Below the pieces are notes generated by a model. It was not told where the DNA came from and searched no databases. It saw nothing but the letters and a program-made list of their open reading frames with translations. Positions 18,205-25,294 of a DNA stretch of 56,285 bases are shown here, piece after piece. The first letter of the stretch is position 1; every line of letters starts with the position of its first letter. Origin of the DNA: Candidatus Scatovivens sp. Lineage in GTDB: Bacteria; Bacillota; Clostridia; TANB77; CAG-508. A program made the translations under genes and the position numbers. The stretch covers positions 1 through 56,285 of the forward strand of contig JAZLBY010000059.1 in NCBI GenBank assembly GCA_045613965.1, read 5' to 3'.

Positions 18205-18561
18205 TTATTTTTCCACTATTTGTTTAATGTATTTATAGTTTTCTTTTTCTTTTTCTGCTATTTTCATTAACATATTTTTATCTTGTGCATCGGTAGCCAT
18301 TTCAGCAATATCTTCTAGTTTTCTATATCCTTCGTGCATATCTTCCATAACCATTTCTAGTTCTTCATGATAATCTTCACGATAGTTTCTATAGTTTCTG
18401 TAATTTCTATTGTTTATTCTGCCGCCTCTTCTATCATAATCCCTTCTGTAATCATCTCTATAGTCATCTCTATAGTCATCTCTATAATCATATCTATAAT
18501 TATCTCTGTAATCTTCTCTGTTGTTTCTATAATCATCTCTATTTGCATACATTTCGTTCAT
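18205..18561 (-). CDS. R/D/Y-repeat protein with an alpha-helical C-terminal domain
   Basis: NREDYRDNYRYDYRDDYRDDYRDDYRRDYDRRGG ... NYRNYRNYR, then a helical tail. AAGGAG RBS. Confidence 0.6.
   Translation of the reverse strand: MNEMYANRDDYRNNREDYRDNYRYDYRDDYRDDYRDDYRRDYDRRGGRINNRNYRNYRNYREDYHEELEMVMEDMHEGYRKLEDIAEMATDAQDKNMLMKIAEKEKENYKYIKQIVEK
18379..18545 (-). repeat. in-frame 9-bp and 12-bp tandem repeats
   Basis: atagtttct x3, then several atctctatagtc-like units. These encode NYR and RDDY repeats. Confidence 0.7.
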
Positions 18562-18578
18562 AACTTATTTCTCCTTTC

Positions 18579-19049
18579 TTAGTATGGTATAGTAGTAAAA
18601 TAATTAAATATTTTACCTTCTTTGGCATCTTCATCTAATATAAAATCCTTTGATAAGCAAATATACATTTCTAATTCTTCCTCTTTGTTTTTTGAGAATT
18701 TTTCAATTGTATCTCTATTGTCATTAAATTTGCTATTCATGACTATAAAAAAATCAACTGGTCTTATATTGTCTATTCCATATTCTTCTTGAATTTCTTT
18801 TGTTTCTTCTATAGTCCATCTTTGCCCATAAGGTTTCATTTTAGAGACAATTGTTTCTGCCATTTGGCGATTTAAAACAGAACCATAAGCCATTTTATAT
18901 ATGTACATTTCATATTTTTTATATGCTTCTTCATCATATTCTTTAAGTATTTCCATTAAATCAACTAAGATTTCTGTTAATTTTATCATTTCTTTTATAT
19001 CGCCATCTTCTGCTATTTTTTTAATGCAATCTCTTATGTCTATGTCCAT
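18579..19049 (-). CDS. hypothetical protein
   Basis: ORF with AAAGGAG RBS. No motif that I can name. Confidence 0.55.
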   Translation of the reverse strand: MDIDIRDCIKKIAEDGDIKEMIKLTEILVDLMEILKEYDEEAYKKYEMYIYKMAYGSVLNRQMAETIVSKMKPYGQRWTIEETKEIQEEYGIDNIRPVDFFIVMNSKFNDNRDTIEKFSKNKEEELEMYICLSKDFILDEDAKEGKIFNYFTTIPY

Positions 19050-19050
19050 A

Positions 19051-19248
19051 TTATTTTTCTCCTTTCAGAAGGCTTAATATTTCTTTGTTTTGTCCAATAA
19101 TTTCATCTAATAATTGGTCTTGATGTTTCAAATATTTCATCAAATCTGTATTATTAAAATCATTTACTAATATTTGATAACTTAATATTTGTAAAATATT
19201 TGATATTCTTTCTAAATTTTTATCAAATTCGCTTTCATAATCATTCAT
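19051..19248 (-). CDS. hypothetical protein
   Basis: ORF abutting its neighbours in the gene train. Confidence 0.45.
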   Translation of the reverse strand: MNDYESEFDKNLERISNILQILSYQILVNDFNNTDLMKYLKHQDQLLDEIIGQNKEILSLLKGEK

Positions 19249-19258
19249 ATTAAATTAC

Positions 19259-19462
19259 CTATGCAAGTCTAGTTATACTTATTTCTGCATTTTTCAAAAT
19301 TGGTATTTGAGTATCTGTTACAATTGGAGTAGCTCCACCACTATAAACTATTGTTGGTAATGAAGTTATTGCTAAATTTAATGTTCCTTTGCAACATACT
19401 TTTATTTTCTTATCAAAACTTATATTTTCCCAATCTCCTGCTGCTGCAATTACTGCGTCCAT
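19259..19462 (-). CDS. C-terminal fragment of a BclA-C-terminal-domain (C1q/TNF-like) protein
   Basis: No RBS of its own. Ends ...NAEISITRLA, like BclA-CTD proteins. The frame is offset by 1 nt from the upstream fragment. Confidence 0.45.
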   Translation of the reverse strand: MDAVIAAAGDWENISFDKKIKVCCKGTLNLAITSLPTIVYSGGATPIVTDTQIPILKNAEISITRLA

Positions 19463-19463
19463 T

Positions 19464-19730
19464 TCAGTTCCGAGGGACTAAAGTTCCATCAGCGAAAAGT
19501 CCTACTGCCAAAGAGCCTGCAGTATTTGAGGTTATATTCCCATTGAATGTTACTTCATAAACTCCACCTTCTAAAATGCTAAATAATGCACTTCCTTGAT
19601 TATGATTTATAAAACCACAACAATTCATTGCACTTCTTGTTCTTAAATCTGTTACAGCAAATGGTACTGATGCTGTATTAGAAGTTAATGTTACTTCTGG
19701 TTCTTGTACTGCTTGAATAACACCATTCAT
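19464..19730 (-). CDS. N-terminal fragment of a BclA-C-terminal-domain (C1q/TNF-like) protein
   Basis: GGVYEVTFNGNITSNTAGSLAVGLFADGTLVP... resembles the G.Y.IT ... NGVPVPGT pattern of BclA CTD. AAGGAGG RBS. Confidence 0.5.
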   Translation of the reverse strand: MNGVIQAVQEPEVTLTSNTASVPFAVTDLRTRSAMNCCGFINHNQGSALFSILEGGVYEVTFNGNITSNTAGSLAVGLFADGTLVPRN

Positions 19731-19746
19731 ATTAATTTCCTCCTTT

Positions 19747-19782
19747 ATAATAAAATAAAGAGAATAAGACTTGCTTATTCTC
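19747..19782 (-). terminator. rho-independent terminator or attenuator
   Basis: Perfect 9-bp stem GAGAATAAG / CTTATTCTC, 5-nt loop, minus-strand tail TTTATTTTATT. Confidence 0.55.
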
Positions 19783-19856
19783 CTATGTTAGCAAGTTCTC
19801 GTATTCGAGGTTGTCTTTAAAAAGACTTTTTGCTATAATTTAATTAAATATTTTTA

Positions 19857-20735
19857 TTAAACTAATGTGTTACCAAATGTGTTTCCACACCCACAACTAT
19901 TTCCGTTGCAAGTAAATATTGGTGTTCTACCATATACTGGTGTTGATGGTACTGGACAATTACTTAATCTGTTGTATAATTGGTCAACTTCATTTGCAAA
20001 TCCTTGGGCAATAAATGCGTTTTGTTCAATTTGACTTGCTTTTAAATCTGCCATTTGTAATTGTCTTTGTAGGTCTGATATTTTTTCGTTTTTAGCATCA
20101 ATTTTGTCTTGACATAATTGGTCTAATATTCTTTGAGTAGCAGCTGTTTGGTTAGATATAATATCTCTAATTCCATTGCTTAACGCTTCTCTATCAGCAC
20201 AATTTTCTGATATAATTGTAGAATTTAATCCTGCAATTCCTAATCTGTTATCAGCACTTGCATTAGCTAATTGTGTACTTAATGCAAAGTTTTGTTGCAT
20301 ATCAGCCATTTGTCTACTATTTGCTGCTATTTCAGCATTATAGAAGCCATTTGATACTGTTTGGTTCATATCTGCACAACAATTACATAATTGGTTAGAT
20401 AGTCCATATATGCCATCTCTTACTCCTTCAACTTGGTTACTTAGATGCAATGTGTTAAATCCTTCATTTGTATTTTGCATTATTTCTTTTTGTCCATTTG
20501 ATAGCCATGCGTAATCGTTATTAAAACCACCACCAAAGCCATTTCCATTTCCATTAAATCCTCCACATAATATAAGAATTAAAATAATCCAAAGCCAACT
20601 ACCATCTGCACCAAATCCGTTTCCAAATCCATTTCCATACATAGGCATTACTGGATATCCATAACCAAAATTATTTCTATCAGTATTTCCTACTACGGCA
20701 GCTACATCAGCTGGAGACATTCCGCTATCGTTCAT
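19857..20735 (-). CDS. G/N-rich membrane protein with a long helical C-terminal region and a Cys-rich tip
   Basis: GNGFGNGFGADGSWLWIILILILCGGFNGNGNGFGGGF (one TM segment), a Q/N/A-rich heptad-like region, and a CNGNSCGCGNTFG end. AAGGAGG RBS. Confidence 0.6.
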   Translation of the reverse strand: MNDSGMSPADVAAVVGNTDRNNFGYGYPVMPMYGNGFGNGFGADGSWLWIILILILCGGFNGNGNGFGGGFNNDYAWLSNGQKEIMQNTNEGFNTLHLSNQVEGVRDGIYGLSNQLCNCCADMNQTVSNGFYNAEIAANSRQMADMQQNFALSTQLANASADNRLGIAGLNSTIISENCADREALSNGIRDIISNQTAATQRILDQLCQDKIDAKNEKISDLQRQLQMADLKASQIEQNAFIAQGFANEVDQLYNRLSNCPVPSTPVYGRTPIFTCNGNSCGCGNTFGNTLV

Positions 20736-21043
20736 ATTGGGTTTCCTCCTTTCTTTTGAGAATATTTATAATAAAGTACAACAAATACAATATTTTTTTG
20801 TCGCACATTATTAACTACTTCATATTTTGTATTTGTGCTAAAATATTTTCTGGTGCACCGATAATTTCGTGCTTGTCTTAATATTCCTTCTCTTTGTTCA
20901 GGAGAGATATTTTCCATAACTTGTTGTAATAGTTGTTGTGGATTTCCATTATTTTGCATTAGGGCGTTTATTGTTTGAAAATTTTGAGGGTTTTTGGCTT
21001 GAAGCTGTCTCATTAGCGACTGAATTAATACGTTCGGTTGCAT
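20732..21043 (-). CDS. Q/N-rich small protein; the 3' part of the ORF is probably read-through caused by a frameshift
   Basis: MQPNVLIQSLMRQLQAKNPQNFQ... with a GGAG RBS. After ...RQARNY the ORF runs through the next gene's RBS. An alternative frame gives GAPENILAQIQNMK and stops at 20815. Confidence 0.5.
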   Translation of the reverse strand: MQPNVLIQSLMRQLQAKNPQNFQTINALMQNNGNPQQLLQQVMENISPEQREGILRQARNYRCTRKYFSTNTKYEVVNNVRQKNIVFVVLYYKYSQKKGGNPI

Positions 21044-21461
21044 TTACAACATCTCCTTTCATCTCTTGATTTTGTTTCATTTCTTCTATTTGTTTTTTTA
21101 ACATATATATTTCTTTATCTTTTTCATCTAACTCAATTATTTCTTCTGTTTTAAAAGTTCTAATGTTTCCACTAACATCTTTTATCCATAAAGAAGAAAA
21201 ATCTTTATTAATAAATACTCCTGTTTTCATAACGAAAGTTTTTTTAACATCATCAATATTATCAACAAATTTACTTTCTAATTCGTTATTATTAGTCTGG
21301 GGAGTTATTTGAAAATTTTGAGTTATAGGTTGAGCAATAGGTTGACTTTGTTGTTGAATTTGTTGTTGTTGAATTTGCTGCATTTGTCTATCAATTCTAT
21401 CTCTCATATTTTGCAATTCATTGATGACCATTGGTCCATTACTATACATTGGATAATTCAT
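20949..21461 (-). CDS. Q-rich hypothetical protein
   Basis: TAGGAGGAAAAT RBS. A QQIQQQQIQQQSQP tract. The 3' end overlaps the next ORF by 95 nt. Confidence 0.55.
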   Translation of the reverse strand: MNYPMYSNGPMVINELQNMRDRIDRQMQQIQQQQIQQQSQPIAQPITQNFQITPQTNNNELESKFVDNIDDVKKTFVMKTGVFINKDFSSLWIKDVSGNIRTFKTEEIIELDEKDKEIYMLKKQIEEMKQNQEMKGDVVNATERINSVANETASSQKPSKFSNNKRPNAK

Positions 21462-21738
21462 ATTTTCCTCCTATTAAAAAAAGACAATACAATGTATTGC
21501 CTATTATATGAAACAAAGAGAAAAACAAATAAAATAACAATAGGCAGTTATTAAATTGTTTTTCTCTCCTTTCTGGAAAATATTATATAAAATACAAAAT
21601 TTTATTTCTACACAGTGTATAGCAAAAAATATATATTTTTTTAAAAAAAATACCAAAAAAACGACCTTCGAGAATGAAAAATAAGGCGTTTTTATTTTAA
21701 AGACAACATCTTATATGTCTTGATTTTACTGATTTTAA

Positions 21739-21775
21739 GCATAAAAAAAGTTCATGTCATAAAACACGAACTTTT
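21739..21775 (-). terminator. rho-independent terminator ending the XhlA/AgrB-like cassette
   Basis: AAAGTTC / GAACTTT stem followed by a T-run on the minus strand. Confidence 0.5.
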
Positions 21776-21787
21776 ATATTTAAAATT

Positions 21788-22354
21788 TTAAATTCCACAA
21801 TATAATCTTAATGCAAAACTTATTCTATCAAGTTTTTCTGTAATTCTGTTAGTTTGAATGTCTAATTTATCTCCTATCTCTTCAAATGTTAAATTGTCTC
21901 TGAACCTATATTTATAAATTAGATAATCAAGATTATCTTGTTCTTTAATTTTCTTTTCAAATTCAATTAATTTATCATTAAATGAATTATATTTTATATA
22001 TTCATCTATGTCTTTATATTTGGTAGATTTACCTTTCCACATAAAGATATCTGAAATGTTACCTTTACTGGTTAATATACATGCACAAAATACGGTCATT
22101 AAAATACAAACTATTATATCAGCTTTTGCAAGTTCAAACAAACTAAGAAAAACTAATGCACTCCACATCATACACTTGTACCAATCTTTATAGTGCATTG
22201 CTCCGCCTAATTTTATTCTTATAATTGCAAATAATACAAATATCATCGCTAATGTTTGAATATTAAGGTCTAATAGCATGCCTATTAATGCTATAACAAT
22301 GACCTCAACAACATTGAATATGATACTTGGTAAATATAAAAGTATCTTTTTCAT
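21788..22354 (-). CDS. membrane protein with an AgrB-like motif fused to a C-terminal sigma-70-region-4/ArpU-like HTH
   Basis: About 100 aa with 3-4 TM segments containing IRIKLGGAMHYKDWYKCMMWS. Compare S. aureus AgrB RRHAHGAHAPSSFWCYVES (quoted from memory), where H and C are also 7 residues apart. C-terminus: YLIYKYRFRDNLTFEEIGDKLDIQTNRITEKLDRISFALRL. Confidence 0.45.
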   Translation of the reverse strand: MKKILLYLPSIIFNVVEVIVIALIGMLLDLNIQTLAMIFVLFAIIRIKLGGAMHYKDWYKCMMWSALVFLSLFELAKADIIVCILMTVFCACILTSKGNISDIFMWKGKSTKYKDIDEYIKYNSFNDKLIEFEKKIKEQDNLDYLIYKYRFRDNLTFEEIGDKLDIQTNRITEKLDRISFALRLYCGI

Positions 22355-22357
22355 ATG

Positions 22358-22408
22358 TTACTCTCCATCTTCTGTGTTACAGAAAAATAAAACAGACCAT
22401 ATTGGCAT
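22358..22408 (-). CDS. 16-aa peptide MPIWSVLFFCNTEDGE (candidate signalling or leader peptide)
   Basis: ATG 7 nt after AAGGGAGGTGG. Wedged between the 6-TM gene (stop 16 nt upstream) and the AgrB-like gene (start 3 nt downstream). Confidence 0.35.
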   Translation of the reverse strand: MPIWSVLFFCNTEDGE

Positions 22409-22424
22409 ATAAATCCACCTCCCT

Positions 22425-22982
22425 TTATTTAATATTATTTGTTATATAAAGACAAACTATGTTGACAGCACATATAAATAAATTTAAGAGTATTAAACTT
22501 ATATTCCTTAATGTTATACTTTTTATTGCTCTTTTCTGTTTATCATTTCTATTCCACAAACTACAATATTTCTTATACAAAATATTAAATTTGTTTCTAA
22601 ATATGAAAGGCACAAACATTAATATTCTAAGAATTATATAACATATATAATAATTGATATTGAATGCAAGACCTGCAAAATAACATAAAGTAGACAACAA
22701 ACATAAAATTCCAAATATTATACTAAAAACAAATACATCTATGATTTGTGTTTTCTTTCTATACAATAGTTTCAGGATTAAATATACTAAACCTATAAAT
22801 GCAAAGTAATAAATTACTTGATACCTTTGTATGAATAAACATAAAACATAAGCGACTGCTATTAGTATGCCTAACCCCAGTCGCTTTTCTTTTATATTCT
22901 TAGTATAAATCAAAAATAATGTAAAGTATAACACTTCTGGTAGCAAACCTAAAATAAAACTTATTATTATTTGTAATAACAT
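22425..22982 (-). CDS. polytopic (about 6 TM) membrane protein
   Basis: Six hydrophobic segments. A basic loop RNKFNILYKKYCSLWNRNDKQKR. No soluble domain. Confidence 0.6.
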   Translation of the reverse strand: MLLQIIISFILGLLPEVLYFTLFLIYTKNIKEKRLGLGILIAVAYVLCLFIQRYQVIYYFAFIGLVYLILKLLYRKKTQIIDVFVFSIIFGILCLLSTLCYFAGLAFNINYYICYIILRILMFVPFIFRNKFNILYKKYCSLWNRNDKQKRAIKSITLRNISLILLNLFICAVNIVCLYITNNIK

Positions 22983-22998
22983 TAACTTTTTTCTCTTC

Positions 22999-23304
22999 CT
23001 ATTTCATACTTTGTATAACAAAAACGATTGCTCCGATTACTATAGAGATAATGCTAGCTCCGACTGTTCTCCAAAGCCATTGTTGAGCATCTTCAAGTTT
23101 TTTTAGTCGAGCTTCATGAACAGCTATATCTTTGGCTAATAAATCATTCTTCAAATTTTCTTTTTCTAATCTTTCTTGGAGTATAGTTTTTATTTCAGCA
23201 ATTCCTACTTGAATACTACCTATTGATTTATTAACAAATAGCTGTAACTCATTTTCTTTTTCTTCTAATTTAGTTACTCTTTGCTCTAACTCTTTAATCT
23301 CCAT
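22999..23304 (-). CDS. xhlA: XhlA-like (haemolysin XhlA family) coiled-coil protein with a C-terminal TM anchor
   Basis: N-terminal LEQRVTKLEEKENELQ coiled coil and a C-terminal TM segment SIISIVIGAIVFVIQ. The architecture matches XhlA of the PBSX lysis cassette. Confidence 0.55.
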   Translation of the reverse strand: MEIKELEQRVTKLEEKENELQLFVNKSIGSIQVGIAEIKTILQERLEKENLKNDLLAKDIAVHEARLKKLEDAQQWLWRTVGASIISIVIGAIVFVIQSMK

Positions 23305-23334
23305 AATCTTTTTTCCCCTTTGTTAACTAAAATT

Positions 23335-23363
23335 ATTATATCAAACTTTTTTTATTTTGTCTA
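23335..23363 (-). promoter_or_regulatory. promoter of the XhlA/AgrB-like cassette
   Basis: On the minus strand: TAGACA, 17 nt spacer, TATAAT, with a TGa extended -10. Confidence 0.5.
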
Positions 23364-23391
23364 CACTTTTTTAAAATTCAATTATATTATT

Positions 23392-23577
23392 TTATTCTTC
23401 AATAAGCTCAATTTTTTCATCAGTTTCTTCATAAGTATAATTAGAACTTTCTATATCTATTGCTTCATCAAATATATCATTAGTTTCTAATTGTTTTATT
23501 TTATAATTCTCATCAGAATATGTTCTATATAATTTTATTCCATCTTCTCTTTCTCTATAAAATTCTTTAATTATCAT
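23392..23577 (-). CDS. hypothetical protein
   Basis: ORF with GAGGTG RBS directly after the fibre gene. Confidence 0.5.
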   Translation of the reverse strand: MIIKEFYREREDGIKLYRTYSDENYKIKQLETNDIFDEAIDIESSNYTYEETDEKIELIEE

Positions 23578-23581
23578 TTAA

Positions 23582-25093
23582 CTACACCTCACTTGCTTTA
23601 ATTATATAACTTGTATAGTTAGACCAGTTTGTACTTTCTTTCCATGTAGTGTATAAACTATCTGGAACTACAATTTTACAATCATTAGGTATATTATTAA
23701 ATGCATTTTTATTTGCTAATGTTGGAATTGATGTAAAATTTGAAAAATCATAAAATTTCATACCTTGGCAATTATTAAATGTATTAGCTGTAATAGTAGT
23801 TATTTCATTTGGAACTACTATCCTATATAATGAACGGCAAGCATTTAAAATTCCAGTCCCAATAGTAGTTATTGTATTTGATAGTGTTATATTAGTTAAT
23901 GAATAGCAATAATAAAATACATTATTTCCAAGAGAAGTAACTGAATTTGATAATGTTATATTAGTTAATGAATAACAATAAGAAAGCATATTATCTGGAA
24001 AATTAGTCACTCCATTTGGTATTGTTATACTTTCTAATGCATAGCAATATCTACAAAGTTGAGAACCTAAAGTAGTTACTGAATTTGGTATTGTTATACT
24101 TTTTAATGTATAACAATCATAAAAAGCACTATCTCCAATAGTAGTCACTCCATTTGGTATTGTTATATTTTTTGATGCATAGCAATCATAAAAAGCAGCA
24201 TTCCCAATAGTAGTCACTCCATTTGGTATTGTTATACTCTTTAATGTATAGCAACCAGCAACTGTACGCTCTTCAATAGTAGTTACTCCATTTGGTATTG
24301 TTATACTTTCTAATGCATAGCAATACATAAAAGCGAAACTTCCAATAGCAGTCACTTCATTTGGTATTGTTATACTTTTTAATGCATAGCAACTATGAAA
24401 AGCACGACTTCCAATAATAATATTATTTCCTAATTCTATTTTCTTTATGCAAGTTAAATATGCTATGTTTTCATTTTCAACAGAAGAATTTTTTCCAAGA
24501 ATACTACTCATAGTTTGTCCAATTAAATAAACATTATCATTACTTGAAATTTTTATTATATAGTTCCCAACATTTGAATATGTATGTTGTGTATATATAA
24601 GGACATCTGTTGCACTTCCTGTTACATTTTCAGTATTTCCATCTCCCCAATCTATTGTTAATGTTCCATTTACTGCAAAACCTAAATATGGTTCTAATCT
24701 TCCTTCTTCTAATGTTATATATATTCTTGTTTTATTATCATCAGTTACATACATTTGCCCTATATTTAATTTATTATAACTTGTAACATATGTTTTTGCA
24801 TCTGATAAAGACCAGTTCCAGCCCTGTGATGTTAATCCTGTGTGTGTAGGATTGCTAGGTAAACTTGTCAACGCTAAAAATTCAGATTTACTATATGATT
24901 TAACTAATGTTCCATCATAATCATAAAAATTTACATCATTTTCAGTTGGACTTCCAGTTGGAATACTATTTATTGTATTTGCTAAATTTGCACTATTTTG
25001 TGCTACAGGGAGGGTTGCCCCTTTATTCCCTGCAGCAGTATAAGCATTTGATATATTTGTATTTATTCTTGTAATTTCACTTGCTATACTCAT
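23582..25093 (-). CDS. tail fibre / receptor-binding protein with BspA-type leucine-rich repeats (LRR_5)
   Basis: At least 8 tandem 23-aa units ITIPNGVTTIG..AF..CY.L.S. An N-terminal fibre-like segment. Confidence 0.7.
   Translation of the reverse strand: MSIASEITRINTNISNAYTAAGNKGATLPVAQNSANLANTINSIPTGSPTENDVNFYDYDGTLVKSYSKSEFLALTSLPSNPTHTGLTSQGWNWSLSDAKTYVTSYNKLNIGQMYVTDDNKTRIYITLEEGRLEPYLGFAVNGTLTIDWGDGNTENVTGSATDVLIYTQHTYSNVGNYIIKISSNDNVYLIGQTMSSILGKNSSVENENIAYLTCIKKIELGNNIIIGSRAFHSCYALKSITIPNEVTAIGSFAFMYCYALESITIPNGVTTIEERTVAGCYTLKSITIPNGVTTIGNAAFYDCYASKNITIPNGVTTIGDSAFYDCYTLKSITIPNSVTTLGSQLCRYCYALESITIPNGVTNFPDNMLSYCYSLTNITLSNSVTSLGNNVFYYCYSLTNITLSNTITTIGTGILNACRSLYRIVVPNEITTITANTFNNCQGMKFYDFSNFTSIPTLANKNAFNNIPNDCKIVVPDSLYTTWKESTNWSNYTSYIIKASEV
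23800..24420 (-). repeat. tandem 69-bp repeats (LRR coding units)
   Basis: ccatttggtattgttatact recurs at exact 69-bp spacing near 24010, 24079, 24148, 24217, 24286 and 24355. Confidence 0.8.
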
Positions 25094-25094
25094 A

Positions 25095-25280
25095 TTACAC
25101 CTCCGATAATAAACTTTCTATGTCTCCTACTAAATCGTATACGCACTTAGCAGTAGGATATTGAGTATCCGTACTGCTAGATGATATACTTGTAACTTTG
25201 TTGCTTGCTAATTCTCTTAGGTCTACATATTCTTTTGTTACAATGTCTTTATTATTGCTTATAGATGATAAATTTTTCAT
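25095..25280 (-). CDS. hypothetical tail-fibre-associated protein
   Basis: Small ORF with AAGGAGAG RBS between two fibre genes. Confidence 0.45.
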   Translation of the reverse strand: MKNLSSISNNKDIVTKEYVDLRELASNKVTSISSSSTDTQYPTAKCVYDLVGDIESLLSEV

Positions 25281-25294
25281 TAAACATCTCTCCT

